In this document: positions 9,167 to 18,898 of the stretch, in pieces
Position numbering within the stretch: position 1 is the first letter of the stretch
How the letters are laid out: each line of letters starts with the position of its first letter
IMG/VR virus record: IMGVR_UViG_3300042402_002055
Span: 32,001-96,000 of that record
Direction: 5' to 3' (one strand)
DNA: 64,000 nt
Origin: a virus
The notes under the pieces: generated by a model
The model's database searches: none
The model's input: the letters and a program-made list of their open reading frames with translations, nothing else
Told to the model about the DNA's origin: nothing
Position numbers and translations under genes: made by a program

Positions 9167-10438
9167 ATGAATCTAATTGAAGATAAACGTACCCTACTTT
9201 CGTTTTTAGGGGGTAATGTAAATATTGACCTTATCATTCCTGTATGGAGTTCTCATAGAGCACATCCGTTGGGGAATCGTTTGTCTTTTATATATTTTAG
9301 ACAAATCAATGGTGAAGATGGTATAATCAATTTCAATCACATAGATGCAAAGAAATTAGACAAATTCGACATATCAAAAATAGTCCATGTAAATACATTA
9401 GTTTTAGACAATAGGTATTTAAAGACCATAGGATTGGATTATGAGTGGGTATACTTTGAAGAGAATGGGAAACCATTTATCTTTAATGAAGTCGTAGAAT
9501 CGGTTTATAGAGGGTATAGAAACGACTTTAAGGAGTTGAATGATTGTGTACCTTTAATGAAGTGGTTGGAAATACTTAGAACAATCCCAAATATCAGTAC
9601 AAGACAAGATTGGTATAGAAAATATACATCAGCAATCAACATATTGGGAAGGCTGGAAGGGGCTGGGGTAAAAGTCGTAGAAGAAAAATTTATTGATAGT
9701 TTTACATTCAATCCACAATACATCAAAAAGGGTGGTATCGTTTACACACAATATAATCCATATACAACAACCGGCAGACCATCCAATCGTCATCTTAATG
9801 TCAACTACTCTGCGTTAAACAAATCCGATGGTACGAGAGAAATGTTTATTAGTCGTCATCCACACGGAACCCTAATTCAATTTGACTATGAGTCGTATCA
9901 CATTCGTTTGATTGCAAAAATGGTTGGGTATGAGTTTCCAACGGGTACAACGGCCCACCAACACCTTGCAAACCTTTATGGGTGTGATATAGAGACGGCA
10001 AAGAAAATAACCTTTACATACCTTTATGGGGGATTAGACGATAATGCTCGACAAATACCATTCTTTCAAAAGGTCGATGAATACATTAAGGAATTATACC
10101 AAAGGTTCGTCATTTCGGGAAAATTAACGACACTCTTATATAAAAGAGAAATACCATTCCATAGAATTGAGAGTGCCAACGAACAAAAGGTATTCAACTA
10201 TTTACTACAATCATTAGAGACTGAAATCAATTATATGAAGATTGGTGAGGTATTGGAGTATTTGGAGGGGAGAATGTCAAAAATGATACTTTATACTTAT
10301 GATGCCTTTCTTATAGACACACATCCTATTGAAAGAGAAAATCTTTTAAACGACATTAGAGAGATAATGGAGAAGGGTGGTTTTCCGGTAAAAATCGAAG
10401 AAGGAGAGAATTATAACAATTTAGAGGTTATAAGTTAA
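9167..10438 (+). CDS. Divergent family A DNA polymerase (polymerase domain, degenerate motifs)
   Basis: TTTGRPSN, motif A LIQFDYESYHIRLIA, motif B AKKITFTYLYG, NYLLQSLE, motif C LYTYDAFL. Confidence 0.75.
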   Translation: MNLIEDKRTLLSFLGGNVNIDLIIPVWSSHRAHPLGNRLSFIYFRQINGEDGIINFNHIDAKKLDKFDISKIVHVNTLVLDNRYLKTIGLDYEWVYFEENGKPFIFNEVVESVYRGYRNDFKELNDCVPLMKWLEILRTIPNISTRQDWYRKYTSAINILGRLEGAGVKVVEEKFIDSFTFNPQYIKKGGIVYTQYNPYTTTGRPSNRHLNVNYSALNKSDGTREMFISRHPHGTLIQFDYESYHIRLIAKMVGYEFPTGTTAHQHLANLYGCDIETAKKITFTYLYGGLDDNARQIPFFQKVDEYIKELYQRFVISGKLTTLLYKREIPFHRIESANEQKVFNYLLQSLETEINYMKIGEVLEYLEGRMSKMILYTYDAFLIDTHPIERENLLNDIREIMEKGGFPVKIEEGENYNNLEVIS

Positions 10439-10444
10439 AAAATT

Positions 10445-10453
10445 ATATTTATA
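10445..10453 (+). promoter_or_regulatory. Putative late promoter motif ATATTTATA
   Basis: Intergenic, upstream of putative internal virion protein genes. Confidence 0.45.
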
Positions 10454-10486
10454 TCATATAATTATATCTAAACGAAAAACTATACA

Positions 10487-11551
10487 ATGAGATTAGTAGA
10501 CTTAATGCCATTACAGGAGATTGACTTTCCAAATCAGAGAGCATTCGACCAATACAATAAAGTACATAAATTAAGACCTGATACAAAAGTAACTGTTGCA
10601 GGTAGAGTGACTACTGCAGGTAGAGCTTCTTTAAATTCTAAAGATATAAAAGGAACATCAGTTTTCGGTAAACAAAATACACCAAAAGATTTAGAATCAT
10701 CTATTGAAAATCATTTGAATAAAGTATCCGGTGGTAAAGGATATGCACAAAAAGAAGATGGTAGTGGTGCAATTGTATATAATATGGGTGATGGTGATAA
10801 TCCAACCTATACTTTATATATGGGTAAAGAAGGTGATAAACATCGTGTTACATTGGAACCTACTTATGGCAATGACCCTAAAAAACTACAAGGTAAAATT
10901 GATAAGAGTTTTGATAAAGTAAAAGATGCTGTAAAGTTTATGGGTGATGTTGCAAAGAAACATAGGAAAGAATTAGAAATGGACGATAATAGTGGTAATG
11001 CAAAAAAGAAGCCTGAACCACAAGATAATGATGTTTTCGATGGTGGTGTAGATGTTTTAGATACAGTTTCGGATTTATTACCTCCGGGTACTGGATTTAC
11101 TAACAAAAAGACAGGTGATAAGATTACCGTTCAAAGATACGATGGTGATAATATGTATGTTTCATATGACAAAGTTCCTGGAAAAGAATTAAAATGGCCA
11201 ATGAAACAATTTTTAAAAATGACGGCTAATAAAGAATTACAATTTACTCCAAAAGATAAATCAACTTCTAATCAACAACAATCATATAATCCGGCACAAT
11301 CCTTTAATACTAAGGTAAGTAAGATGACAGATGATAATCAACATTCTGCAGCCGCAGTTGAATTGGCAATCTATATGAATGACAAAGAGTCATTAAGTAA
11401 ATTACAACAAATCAAAAAGTATCACGATAATAGAGGATATTTGAGACCTGATGAAGCAAAAGAAAGAAATACAATAACAAAAGATTTATTGGTAAAAGCT
11501 CAAAAGGAATTACCTAAAAAAGATTACGATTTAGTTAGTAGTGCGTTTTAA
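10487..11551 (+). CDS. Putative modular internal virion (head-packaged) protein
   Basis: N-terminal MRLVDLMPLQE; small modules separated by charged linkers; late motif upstream. Confidence 0.55.
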   Translation: MRLVDLMPLQEIDFPNQRAFDQYNKVHKLRPDTKVTVAGRVTTAGRASLNSKDIKGTSVFGKQNTPKDLESSIENHLNKVSGGKGYAQKEDGSGAIVYNMGDGDNPTYTLYMGKEGDKHRVTLEPTYGNDPKKLQGKIDKSFDKVKDAVKFMGDVAKKHRKELEMDDNSGNAKKKPEPQDNDVFDGGVDVLDTVSDLLPPGTGFTNKKTGDKITVQRYDGDNMYVSYDKVPGKELKWPMKQFLKMTANKELQFTPKDKSTSNQQQSYNPAQSFNTKVSKMTDDNQHSAAAVELAIYMNDKESLSKLQQIKKYHDNRGYLRPDEAKERNTITKDLLVKAQKELPKKDYDLVSSAF

Positions 11552-11566
11552 TAAAAAATAATAAAG

Positions 11567-13792
11567 ATGTCAATAGATTTTCAAGAAATCCTTAAAGAAT
11601 TGGAATATCGTGTAGAACATGGTATTATCGATTTGACTAAAGAGGAACAAGTTACAAAGTTAGTAGAAATTTTAAGAGAGAATAAGATAAGTGATGCAAA
11701 TGAGATTGCACAAAAAGTAAGAGTTTATTTCTCATACTTAAATGAAGCAGGCCCTAAGAAAATGAATGCACCTAAAAAAGAAGAACCAGAGGCAATCAAA
11801 GGTTCTTTTCCCGCATTTAGTAAAGAAGCTGAGAGAATTGTTGTATTCAAAAATAAAAAGAACTTCGATGATGCAATTTCATCTGGAAAATATTCAAAAC
11901 CAACTCCACAACAAGTTAAAGCTCAAGCCGAAAAAGATAGATTAGACGGACAAGGAGAAGATGATAAGGAAACTCCAACTGGTCAACCTGGTGAAAAACC
12001 AGAACAACCTGTTTCAAATATATCTCCTGATGAATTTAGAAATGATGCAGAAAGAAATTTAGAAAAAGAAAAAAACGATAAATCTAAATTAGATAAGAAT
12101 GGTAAGTTTATTCATTTAGATGATAATGATGCTGTTGATGTGGATGGTGAAGAAATGAGTGTTGCAGATGCAAGAGAATTGGATGATGATACAGTTTATT
12201 CTGCATTATTAAAAACCAAAGCTGAAAAAGCTGCAGAAGATGCAGAAACTTCTGGTGAGAAAAAAGGAGTTGGTGCAGGTAGTCCTGAATCTAGAGCTGG
12301 TGAGTGTGCCGTTACACATGGGGGTAAAGAAATAACTAAATTGATGAAGGAAGGTGCAACATATGATGCAGCCAAATCAAAGGTTATGAAACAATTAAGA
12401 AAGGCAGTTGTGAAAAATGGTGATGACGATGATACATTCTTAACCGATGCATGGGTAGACTCTGCAGAATCGGTATTAGACTATATAGAAGATAGTATTG
12501 GATTTGAAAATATAAGAGAATTTGTATGGGATACTCCCGCAGGTAGAGCAATTGTTGATACGGAAGGACATGGTACATCATCGGATTGTTTTGTTTTAAC
12601 AAATAATGGTTCTAGAGTTGGTATATCACTTAAAAAAGATTTGAGTGTATTCGTATTCAATGGTGGTTTAGCATCTATGATTGATGAATTGAAGAACGAA
12701 GGTATGAAAATATCAGACACATCTACCGGAGAACATTATAAAAACAGAAGAACCGAAGAATTCAAAAAACTAGCTAAAGCAATTACAACAAACGAAAACG
12801 TTAAGAAAGAATTTTGTAATGAATTTAATAAAACCAAAAAAGACCCATCTGCAACATTTGGTAAAAACGGAAATGGTAGAGCACAATCTATTATCAATGC
12901 AGTTTATGAAAAACCAGGTAGAGGTGAAGTAGACAACAGGCCGAATGTTAAAAAATCAGGTGCTGCTAAAGCTTTATCTGATGTAAATTGTAATGATGTT
13001 ATCAAACATGTCGTAAATGGTGAATTGAATGGTGATAATATGAAACTTATTGCAGATATGGCAAAGGTTTCAAATAGTGCAAAACTTAGAGCTGGATATG
13101 ATGGATTGAGAGGTTTGGATAGAGAAATGACAAATTCTATTACTGAAGATTTCTTAGACCCAGAGAATAGAGAATCTCTTATCAAATTGGTAAAAGGAGA
13201 AACACATATAGACGACATTTTATTCCCAGATAATCCTAAATTGGATGAACTTAAAGTAATTTATGGTGAGTCACCTGCAATTGAAATGAAAAAGGCAAAT
13301 TTAGTTAGTTTGATAGGAATTAAAAAAGAATATGCAGAATGGGAAAATGCAAAAACTGCATCGGAGAAAACCAGATTAAGAAAAATATTAGACCAAAAGA
13401 TAGACGAAGCAATTCAAGTAACGGATAAAGGTGGTGTTATGTCGGTTGGTATCAATGTGGGTGGTAATAATATTATTCCTGTATTTGATGCAAAAGTTAG
13501 AACAAGAGGTATAGGTGCAGCACCAACTTTTGAAATGTCTCAATCTCGTTTTGGTGGATTGGCATTTAAACATGGTACAACTGACTTTGAAAAGTGGGAT
13601 GATTTTGATAGAGAAGATGCAGTAACCGCAATGTCAAAAGAATTGATGGAAGATTTGGAAAATTTAGATATGAATGACGAACAAACTAAAAAAGAAGTTT
13701 GGAATAGAATATCTAAATTAAATAAGATTTTACCTGAAGGTGCAAAGAATAGGTCATTAAAAGCAGTATACACTGCAGTAAAAGAAGGTTAA
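11567..13792 (+). CDS. Large putative virion protein with a PD-(D/E)XK-like domain
   Basis: 741 aa; YLNE/A site and acidic linkers, then ESRAGE...SSDCFV......GISLKK. Confidence 0.5.
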   Translation: MSIDFQEILKELEYRVEHGIIDLTKEEQVTKLVEILRENKISDANEIAQKVRVYFSYLNEAGPKKMNAPKKEEPEAIKGSFPAFSKEAERIVVFKNKKNFDDAISSGKYSKPTPQQVKAQAEKDRLDGQGEDDKETPTGQPGEKPEQPVSNISPDEFRNDAERNLEKEKNDKSKLDKNGKFIHLDDNDAVDVDGEEMSVADARELDDDTVYSALLKTKAEKAAEDAETSGEKKGVGAGSPESRAGECAVTHGGKEITKLMKEGATYDAAKSKVMKQLRKAVVKNGDDDDTFLTDAWVDSAESVLDYIEDSIGFENIREFVWDTPAGRAIVDTEGHGTSSDCFVLTNNGSRVGISLKKDLSVFVFNGGLASMIDELKNEGMKISDTSTGEHYKNRRTEEFKKLAKAITTNENVKKEFCNEFNKTKKDPSATFGKNGNGRAQSIINAVYEKPGRGEVDNRPNVKKSGAAKALSDVNCNDVIKHVVNGELNGDNMKLIADMAKVSNSAKLRAGYDGLRGLDREMTNSITEDFLDPENRESLIKLVKGETHIDDILFPDNPKLDELKVIYGESPAIEMKKANLVSLIGIKKEYAEWENAKTASEKTRLRKILDQKIDEAIQVTDKGGVMSVGINVGGNNIIPVFDAKVRTRGIGAAPTFEMSQSRFGGLAFKHGTTDFEKWDDFDREDAVTAMSKELMEDLENLDMNDEQTKKEVWNRISKLNKILPEGAKNRSLKAVYTAVKEG

Positions 13793-13795
13793 TAA

Positions 13796-14203
13796 ATGAA
13801 TACACAATTACTTTGCCTTTTTACAACCAAAGAGGAGTTAGAGAAATCGATTCAATTTATATTGGGAAGTTATACCTTAACCAATCCAAATGTTTTTATA
13901 TTAGAAAATAAAACACATTTAGAAGAGTGTTATATTACTTTCAATGTGGAAAAGGGTTCGATTGCAATTCCGTCTGATTGGAAAACAATTCTTGTACATA
14001 GAAAAAAACAATCTAATACAATATACACTATTAACGCTTTAAATGAAGTAGTTAAGTCAAAAACTGGTGGTATGTTGGATAATTCATATATGATTGATTG
14101 GGAAGAATTTAGAAATTGTATTCTTACAACCTCAAATTCAGGATACAAAAAAATACCTACAAAAGTATTTAAATCTTTTAATACTCAAAATTTGGAGAAT
14201 TAA
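13796..14203 (+). CDS. Hypothetical phage protein
   Basis: 135 aa, tight operon spacing, LVHRKKQSNTIYTINALN segment. Confidence 0.7.
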   Translation: MNTQLLCLFTTKEELEKSIQFILGSYTLTNPNVFILENKTHLEECYITFNVEKGSIAIPSDWKTILVHRKKQSNTIYTINALNEVVKSKTGGMLDNSYMIDWEEFRNCILTTSNSGYKKIPTKVFKSFNTQNLEN

Positions 14204-14222
14204 AATATTTTTCTTATATTTG
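14191..14222 (+). promoter_or_regulatory. Bacteroidota-type promoter, leaderless
   Basis: TTTG-N20-TATATTTG (perfect TAnnTTTG); ATG exactly 12 nt after the first T. Confidence 0.75.
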
Positions 14223-14226
14223 ACTT

Positions 14227-14541
14227 ATGTCAATAAGAAAGAGATTTAAACCAATAGAAATAAGTGCAGACGAACCTGCAGATATATTCGAAACCAATAG
14301 GAGAGAACTTGCAAAGGCAATCGTTGCCGGTATTGAGTTTGGTCTTAGGAATAAAAAGAAAAGAGTTGATTTTGCAAAAGTCTTAATCAAAGAAATTATT
14401 GTTATTACATTATCAATTGATAGTAGAGAATTTACAGACCTTTTAGAAGAACAATTACAAATCCTTATTGATTTTGAGGAGTATGAGTCATGTGCATTAG
14501 TTGTCAAATTACAAAACAAATTAAACAAACAAAAAGTATAA
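14227..14541 (+). CDS. Hypothetical protein with C-terminal UVR-like helix
   Basis: FEEYESCALVVKL resembles the UvrB/C E.YE.AA motif; has its own promoter. Confidence 0.6.
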   Translation: MSIRKRFKPIEISADEPADIFETNRRELAKAIVAGIEFGLRNKKKRVDFAKVLIKEIIVITLSIDSREFTDLLEEQLQILIDFEEYESCALVVKLQNKLNKQKV

Positions 14542-14543
14542 TT

Positions 14544-14786
14544 ATGGAAAATTTAGAGATTTACGAAGATTGTATTATGTGTGGAAAGAAAACCACAACT
14601 CTTAAAACTGCACATGTCGATTTTAGATATGGATATGTAGATGGAGCAGGACAAATGTGTAGAGAATGTTATTTAAGTGAAAATAGAAATCTAATAACAA
14701 TAGAAGGTAGGATGGTTTTAGATACTCCTAACAATGCAGAATTGGGTGAAAAAGTTAGACAAATATATTGGGACAGTAAAAAATAG
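14544..14786 (+). CDS. Small Cys4 zinc-finger protein
   Basis: CIMCG...YGYVDGAGQMCRECY; start moved to ATG 14544, just after the preceding stop. Confidence 0.65.
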   Translation: MENLEIYEDCIMCGKKTTTLKTAHVDFRYGYVDGAGQMCRECYLSENRNLITIEGRMVLDTPNNAELGEKVRQIYWDSKK

Positions 14787-14788
14787 TT

Positions 14789-15094
14789 ATGGTAGCTAAG
14801 AAAAAAGAAGAAGCAGAATTTCATATTGGAGATGGAAAACATTTAACGGTGAAAACATCAACCATTGTTCAAATGAATGACCAATTGAAATTAATGACCG
14901 GAGAAGGTAGGGGTATTACATTGGATATAGAAATTAAAGCAGACTTTGACAAAATTCCACCGGGATATCATCAGATGTTTATGCAAATGATGCAAATACG
15001 ATATGGTAGTATTGTAAACATATGGGATAATACACAACCTTTTACACCACCTGAAAAACAACCCAAAAAATGGTATCAAATATGGAAACGATAA
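14789..15094 (+). CDS. Hypothetical protein with C-terminal KKWYQIW amphipathic tail
   Basis: 101 aa, operon spacing. Confidence 0.6.
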   Translation: MVAKKKEEAEFHIGDGKHLTVKTSTIVQMNDQLKLMTGEGRGITLDIEIKADFDKIPPGYHQMFMQMMQIRYGSIVNIWDNTQPFTPPEKQPKKWYQIWKR

Positions 15095-15104
15095 AAAAAG
15101 TTAT

Positions 15105-15395
15105 ATGCCTGCAAAACCAAAAATAAGAAAAGAAGATTTATTACCGGATTTTAAACATACACCTCCGGCACCACAAAAGGAGATGGTTTACGGCCCTCAA
15201 CACTATGGGGGAGTAGACAATCCATACGAAGTAATTAAAGTATGTGAAGCATGGGGATTAGACAAAGATGCTTACCTATTCAATGTAGTTAAGTATGTTG
15301 CAAGAGCGGGTAAAAAAGACCCTCAAAAAGAACTGGAAGACCTCAAAAAAGCCGTATTTTACCTCGAAAGAAAGGTAAAAAACCTCCAAAAATAG
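15105..15395 (+). CDS. DUF3310-family protein (T7 gp1.7 nucleotide kinase-like)
   Basis: P.HY...YEVI......NVVKYVARAGKK....EDLKKAVFYL. Confidence 0.8.
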   Translation: MPAKPKIRKEDLLPDFKHTPPAPQKEMVYGPQHYGGVDNPYEVIKVCEAWGLDKDAYLFNVVKYVARAGKKDPQKELEDLKKAVFYLERKVKNLQK

Positions 15396-15396
15396 A

Positions 15397-15430
15397 TTTG
15401 GTAATGTGGAAAAAAAGTCGTATATTTATA
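15397..15430 (+). promoter_or_regulatory. Bacteroidota-type promoter overlapping the late motif
   Basis: TTTGGTAA-N-TATATTTATA, spacer 20. Confidence 0.65.
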
Positions 15431-15526
15431 GTAATAAAAGATAAAAAGGTTATATTTAGCAATAAGGAAATCGCGATAAAACCTTAAACTTTAAAACAAA
15501 TTTTTAAACCCTAAAACAACAAAACA

Positions 15527-16384
15527 ATGGACATTTCATTGGCACTAAAGAGATTTAGCTCTTTACAAAACAACACTAAAAAGTCGGATTCAATTTTCAA
15601 ACCGGCAAACGGAAAATCTCAAGTGAGAATCGTTCCTTACAAGTTCAACAAAGACATTCCTTTCATTGAACTTTACTTTCACTACAACATTAACAACAAG
15701 ACTTATTTGAGTCCAATGTCATTTGGTAGACCTGACCCTATCGTTGAGTTTGCAGAAAAACTTAAGAGAACAGGTGATACTGATGATTGGAAAGCGGGTA
15801 AGAAAATGGAACCAAAGTTAAGAACTTTTGTACCAGTTATCGTAAGAGGTAAAGAATCAGAAGGAGTAAAATTCTGGGGATTCGGTAAGACAGTTTATCA
15901 AGATATCTTAGGATATATTGCTGACCCTGATTACGGAGATATTACAGACCCAATGACAGGTAGAGATATCGTATTGGAAGTAATGTCAGCAGAAGAGTCT
16001 AACGCATCTTACCCAACAACAACAATCAGAGTTAAACCTGCAACGTCTAAATTAGCAGATTCTCCGGAAACTATCCAACAATTATTGGATGGTCAAAAAG
16101 AAATTACTGAATTATATTCGGAGTTATCTTACGCAGAATTAAAGTCAGTTTTAGAAAATTGGTTAAACCCATCAGCAGCAGTTGGTAGTGATGATATCAT
16201 TGAAGAATTAGAAGCACCAAAACCAAAAGCAATAGTTGCAACACCAAAACAATCTGATGTTTTAGTTGATATGGGTGGAACAACTGGTGAATTGGGTGAC
16301 TTACCTTGGGAAAAGGAAGAAGCTGCAAAACCAGCACAAAAGGATGATGTAGCATCAGCATTTGATGATTTATTTAACAATTAA
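15527..16384 (+). CDS. T4 gp32-like single-stranded DNA-binding protein
   Basis: VRIVP...PF.E.YFHY, GVKFWGFGK, DITDPMTGRD, acidic tail AFDDLFNN. Confidence 0.85.
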   Translation: MDISLALKRFSSLQNNTKKSDSIFKPANGKSQVRIVPYKFNKDIPFIELYFHYNINNKTYLSPMSFGRPDPIVEFAEKLKRTGDTDDWKAGKKMEPKLRTFVPVIVRGKESEGVKFWGFGKTVYQDILGYIADPDYGDITDPMTGRDIVLEVMSAEESNASYPTTTIRVKPATSKLADSPETIQQLLDGQKEITELYSELSYAELKSVLENWLNPSAAVGSDDIIEELEAPKPKAIVATPKQSDVLVDMGGTTGELGDLPWEKEEAAKPAQKDDVASAFDDLFNN

Positions 16385-16397
16385 TAATTAGGTTACA

Positions 16398-17504
16398 ATG
16401 GCCAAAAGAGAAGAGGATTTAGCAAGTATTCTTGCAGATTCATTAAACAAACAAAATAAGGATGGTAAGATTGCCTACTTTCTAAATGATGAAGGTGGTG
16501 ATGCTCCTACCAATGTTAAAGATTGGATTTCAACTGGCAATGCTATGTTGGATGTTGCAATCTCTAATAGACCTTATGGTGGCTTCCCTGTTGGACGTAT
16601 TAGTGAGATTACGGGTTTAGAGCAAAGTGGAAAATCTTTGCTCTCCGCCCATCTCCTTGCTGAAACACAACGCAAAGGTGGAGTGGCCGTATTGATTGAT
16701 ACCGAAACTGCAGTAAGTAGAGAATACTTAGAAGCAATCGGAGTAGATATTTCAAAGTTATTGTATGTTTCAGTTGACACCGTTGAAGGTATCTTTGAAG
16801 CATGTGAAACGATTATTGAAAAGGTTAGAACAGGAGATAAAGATAGATTGGTTACAATTGTAGTCGATTCAGTAGCAGCTGCATCTTCAAAGAAAGAGAT
16901 GGAAGCTGATTACGACAAAGATGGTTACGCAACTGACAAAGCTATTATTATTTCCAAAGCAATGAGAAAGATTACCAATATGATTGGTCGTCAATCAATC
17001 GCTTTAGTATTCACAAATCAATTAAGACAAAAGATGAACGCAATGTTTGGTGACCCGTGGACAACATCCGGTGGTAAGGCATTAGCATTCCATGCTTCAG
17101 TTAGATTGAGATTGAAGAATATGGGACAATTGAAACAAGGTGATAGAATTGTAGGTATTAAAGTTCGTTGTCAAGTTATTAAAAATAGAATGGGCCCACC
17201 ATTGAGACACGCAGACTTTGACATTTTCTTTGACAGAGGTATTGATAATTTCGGTGGATGGTTAGCAGTAATGAAAGACGCTAAAATCCTTAAACAAGCA
17301 GGAGCTTGGTACGAATATGTTGATATCGATTCAGGAGAAGTTATGAAGTTTCAATCTAAAGACTTTGCAAAAATGTTACAAGATGAGAAACTTAAAGAAC
17401 AAATTTATTTAAGAATTTGTGAGACTGCAATATTGCAATATAAAAACAATTCCAATTCGGATGAAGTTGAAGTAACAACGGACGAAGCAAATGAGTCAGA
17501 TTAG
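16398..17504 (+). CDS. recA: RecA/UvsX recombinase
   Basis: Walker A GLEQSGKS, VVDSVAA, FTNQLR, SGGKALAFHASVRL, KNR. Confidence 0.95.
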   Translation: MAKREEDLASILADSLNKQNKDGKIAYFLNDEGGDAPTNVKDWISTGNAMLDVAISNRPYGGFPVGRISEITGLEQSGKSLLSAHLLAETQRKGGVAVLIDTETAVSREYLEAIGVDISKLLYVSVDTVEGIFEACETIIEKVRTGDKDRLVTIVVDSVAAASSKKEMEADYDKDGYATDKAIIISKAMRKITNMIGRQSIALVFTNQLRQKMNAMFGDPWTTSGGKALAFHASVRLRLKNMGQLKQGDRIVGIKVRCQVIKNRMGPPLRHADFDIFFDRGIDNFGGWLAVMKDAKILKQAGAWYEYVDIDSGEVMKFQSKDFAKMLQDEKLKEQIYLRICETAILQYKNNSNSDEVEVTTDEANESD

Positions 17505-18549
17505 TAAAAAGTATTTAGATATACTAAAAGAAATAGATGAAGAACATAAAGGATTTGGAGATTTGCAACGCAACTCTAAAACTTTAGTAATTGATGGTCT
17601 TAATACCTTCATTCGTTCTTGGTCAACCGCTCCGAATCTTAATGATAACGGAGACCATATTGGAGGCATAGTCGGTACTTTAAAAAGTATCGGCTTTGCA
17701 ATCCGTACAATTAACCCAACAAGAGTTATCGTTGTATTCGACGGTAAAGGTGGTTCACAAAGTAGAAAAGACATATATTCTGGTTACAAATCGGAGAGAG
17801 GTAAGAACAAAATCAAAATGAGATTGAATCGTGCCGCAACTATCGAAATGAATCCTGAAGAAGAAAGTGCATCAATGAAAAGACAAATGTCTGCATTAGG
17901 TGAACTACTTTCATCATTACCTGTTTCCATTATGATTTATGATGGAATTGAGGCAGATGATGTTATGGCGTATATTGCTACAACCCTACGACAAGAAAAC
18001 GAAAAGGTTGTGATAATGAGTACGGATAAAGATTTCCTTCAATTGGTAAATAAAGATGTGAGTGTATATTCTCCATCTAAAAAGAAAGTTTACAATATTC
18101 CAGAAGTAGTAGAAGAATTTGGTATTCATCCACATAATTTCATTAATTTCAGAATGATTGACGGAGACAAATCCGACAATGTAGAAGGTATTAGTGGATT
18201 GGGTGTTAAATCAATTATGAAAGCATTTCCAATGTTAACGGAACACCAATTAGTTGACACCAACGATATGGTGGACTATGTAAACACATTAACAAAAAAA
18301 TCAAAAGCACACGAATTATTCTTAGATAATTTGGAAATTTGCGAAAGAAATCGTAAATTGATGCAGTTAGCAGAACCAACATTTAGTGGTAATCTCCGTA
18401 TGAAAATTATGGATAGATACAATGAACCAACAACAAAATTTGACAAACAAACTTTCTTAAAGTATGGTTTGAAGAATAGAATATTAGAAGGTTTCCCAAA
18501 TGTGTTGGACTGGTTACAATCAACATTCGCACATATAGCAAAATTTTAA
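17491..18549 (+). CDS. 5'-3' exonuclease / flap endonuclease (T4 RNase H, PolI N-terminal-like)
   Basis: IDGLN, VFDG, YKS.R, EADD, STDKDFLQL, GDKSDNVEGISGLG. Confidence 0.92.
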   Translation: MSQISKKYLDILKEIDEEHKGFGDLQRNSKTLVIDGLNTFIRSWSTAPNLNDNGDHIGGIVGTLKSIGFAIRTINPTRVIVVFDGKGGSQSRKDIYSGYKSERGKNKIKMRLNRAATIEMNPEEESASMKRQMSALGELLSSLPVSIMIYDGIEADDVMAYIATTLRQENEKVVIMSTDKDFLQLVNKDVSVYSPSKKKVYNIPEVVEEFGIHPHNFINFRMIDGDKSDNVEGISGLGVKSIMKAFPMLTEHQLVDTNDMVDYVNTLTKKSKAHELFLDNLEICERNRKLMQLAEPTFSGNLRMKIMDRYNEPTTKFDKQTFLKYGLKNRILEGFPNVLDWLQSTFAHIAKF

Positions 18550-18561
18550 AAACAAAAAGTT

Positions 18562-18876
18562 ATGACAAAAACAGCAGACAAATTAGCAAAACCATTAGGA
18601 GACAGAGTTCTTTTAACGGAATTAGAAGCAGAGGCTTCAAAAACTGCCGGTGGTATTATCATTCCAGATAGTGCAAAATCGGAAGATGTAAAGAGAGCAA
18701 GAGTAGACGCAGTAGGTGATGGCCTATTCACACAATCAGGAGTAGCAATTCCGATGAGTGTAAAAGTAGGTGATGAAGTAATCCTTCCACCATATCATCA
18801 AGGAGTAGAAATTAAAGTAGGTGGAAACAAATACATCTTACTTAGAGAATCAGAATTATTAATGGTTATTAGATAA
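18562..18876 (+). CDS. groES: Co-chaperonin GroES
   Basis: KPLGDRVL, KTAGGIIIPDSAK, AVGDG, VKVGDEV, LRESELL. Confidence 0.93.
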   Translation: MTKTADKLAKPLGDRVLLTELEAEASKTAGGIIIPDSAKSEDVKRARVDAVGDGLFTQSGVAIPMSVKVGDEVILPPYHQGVEIKVGGNKYILLRESELLMVIR

Positions 18877-18898
18877 CATAAAAACATGGAGGTCAACA

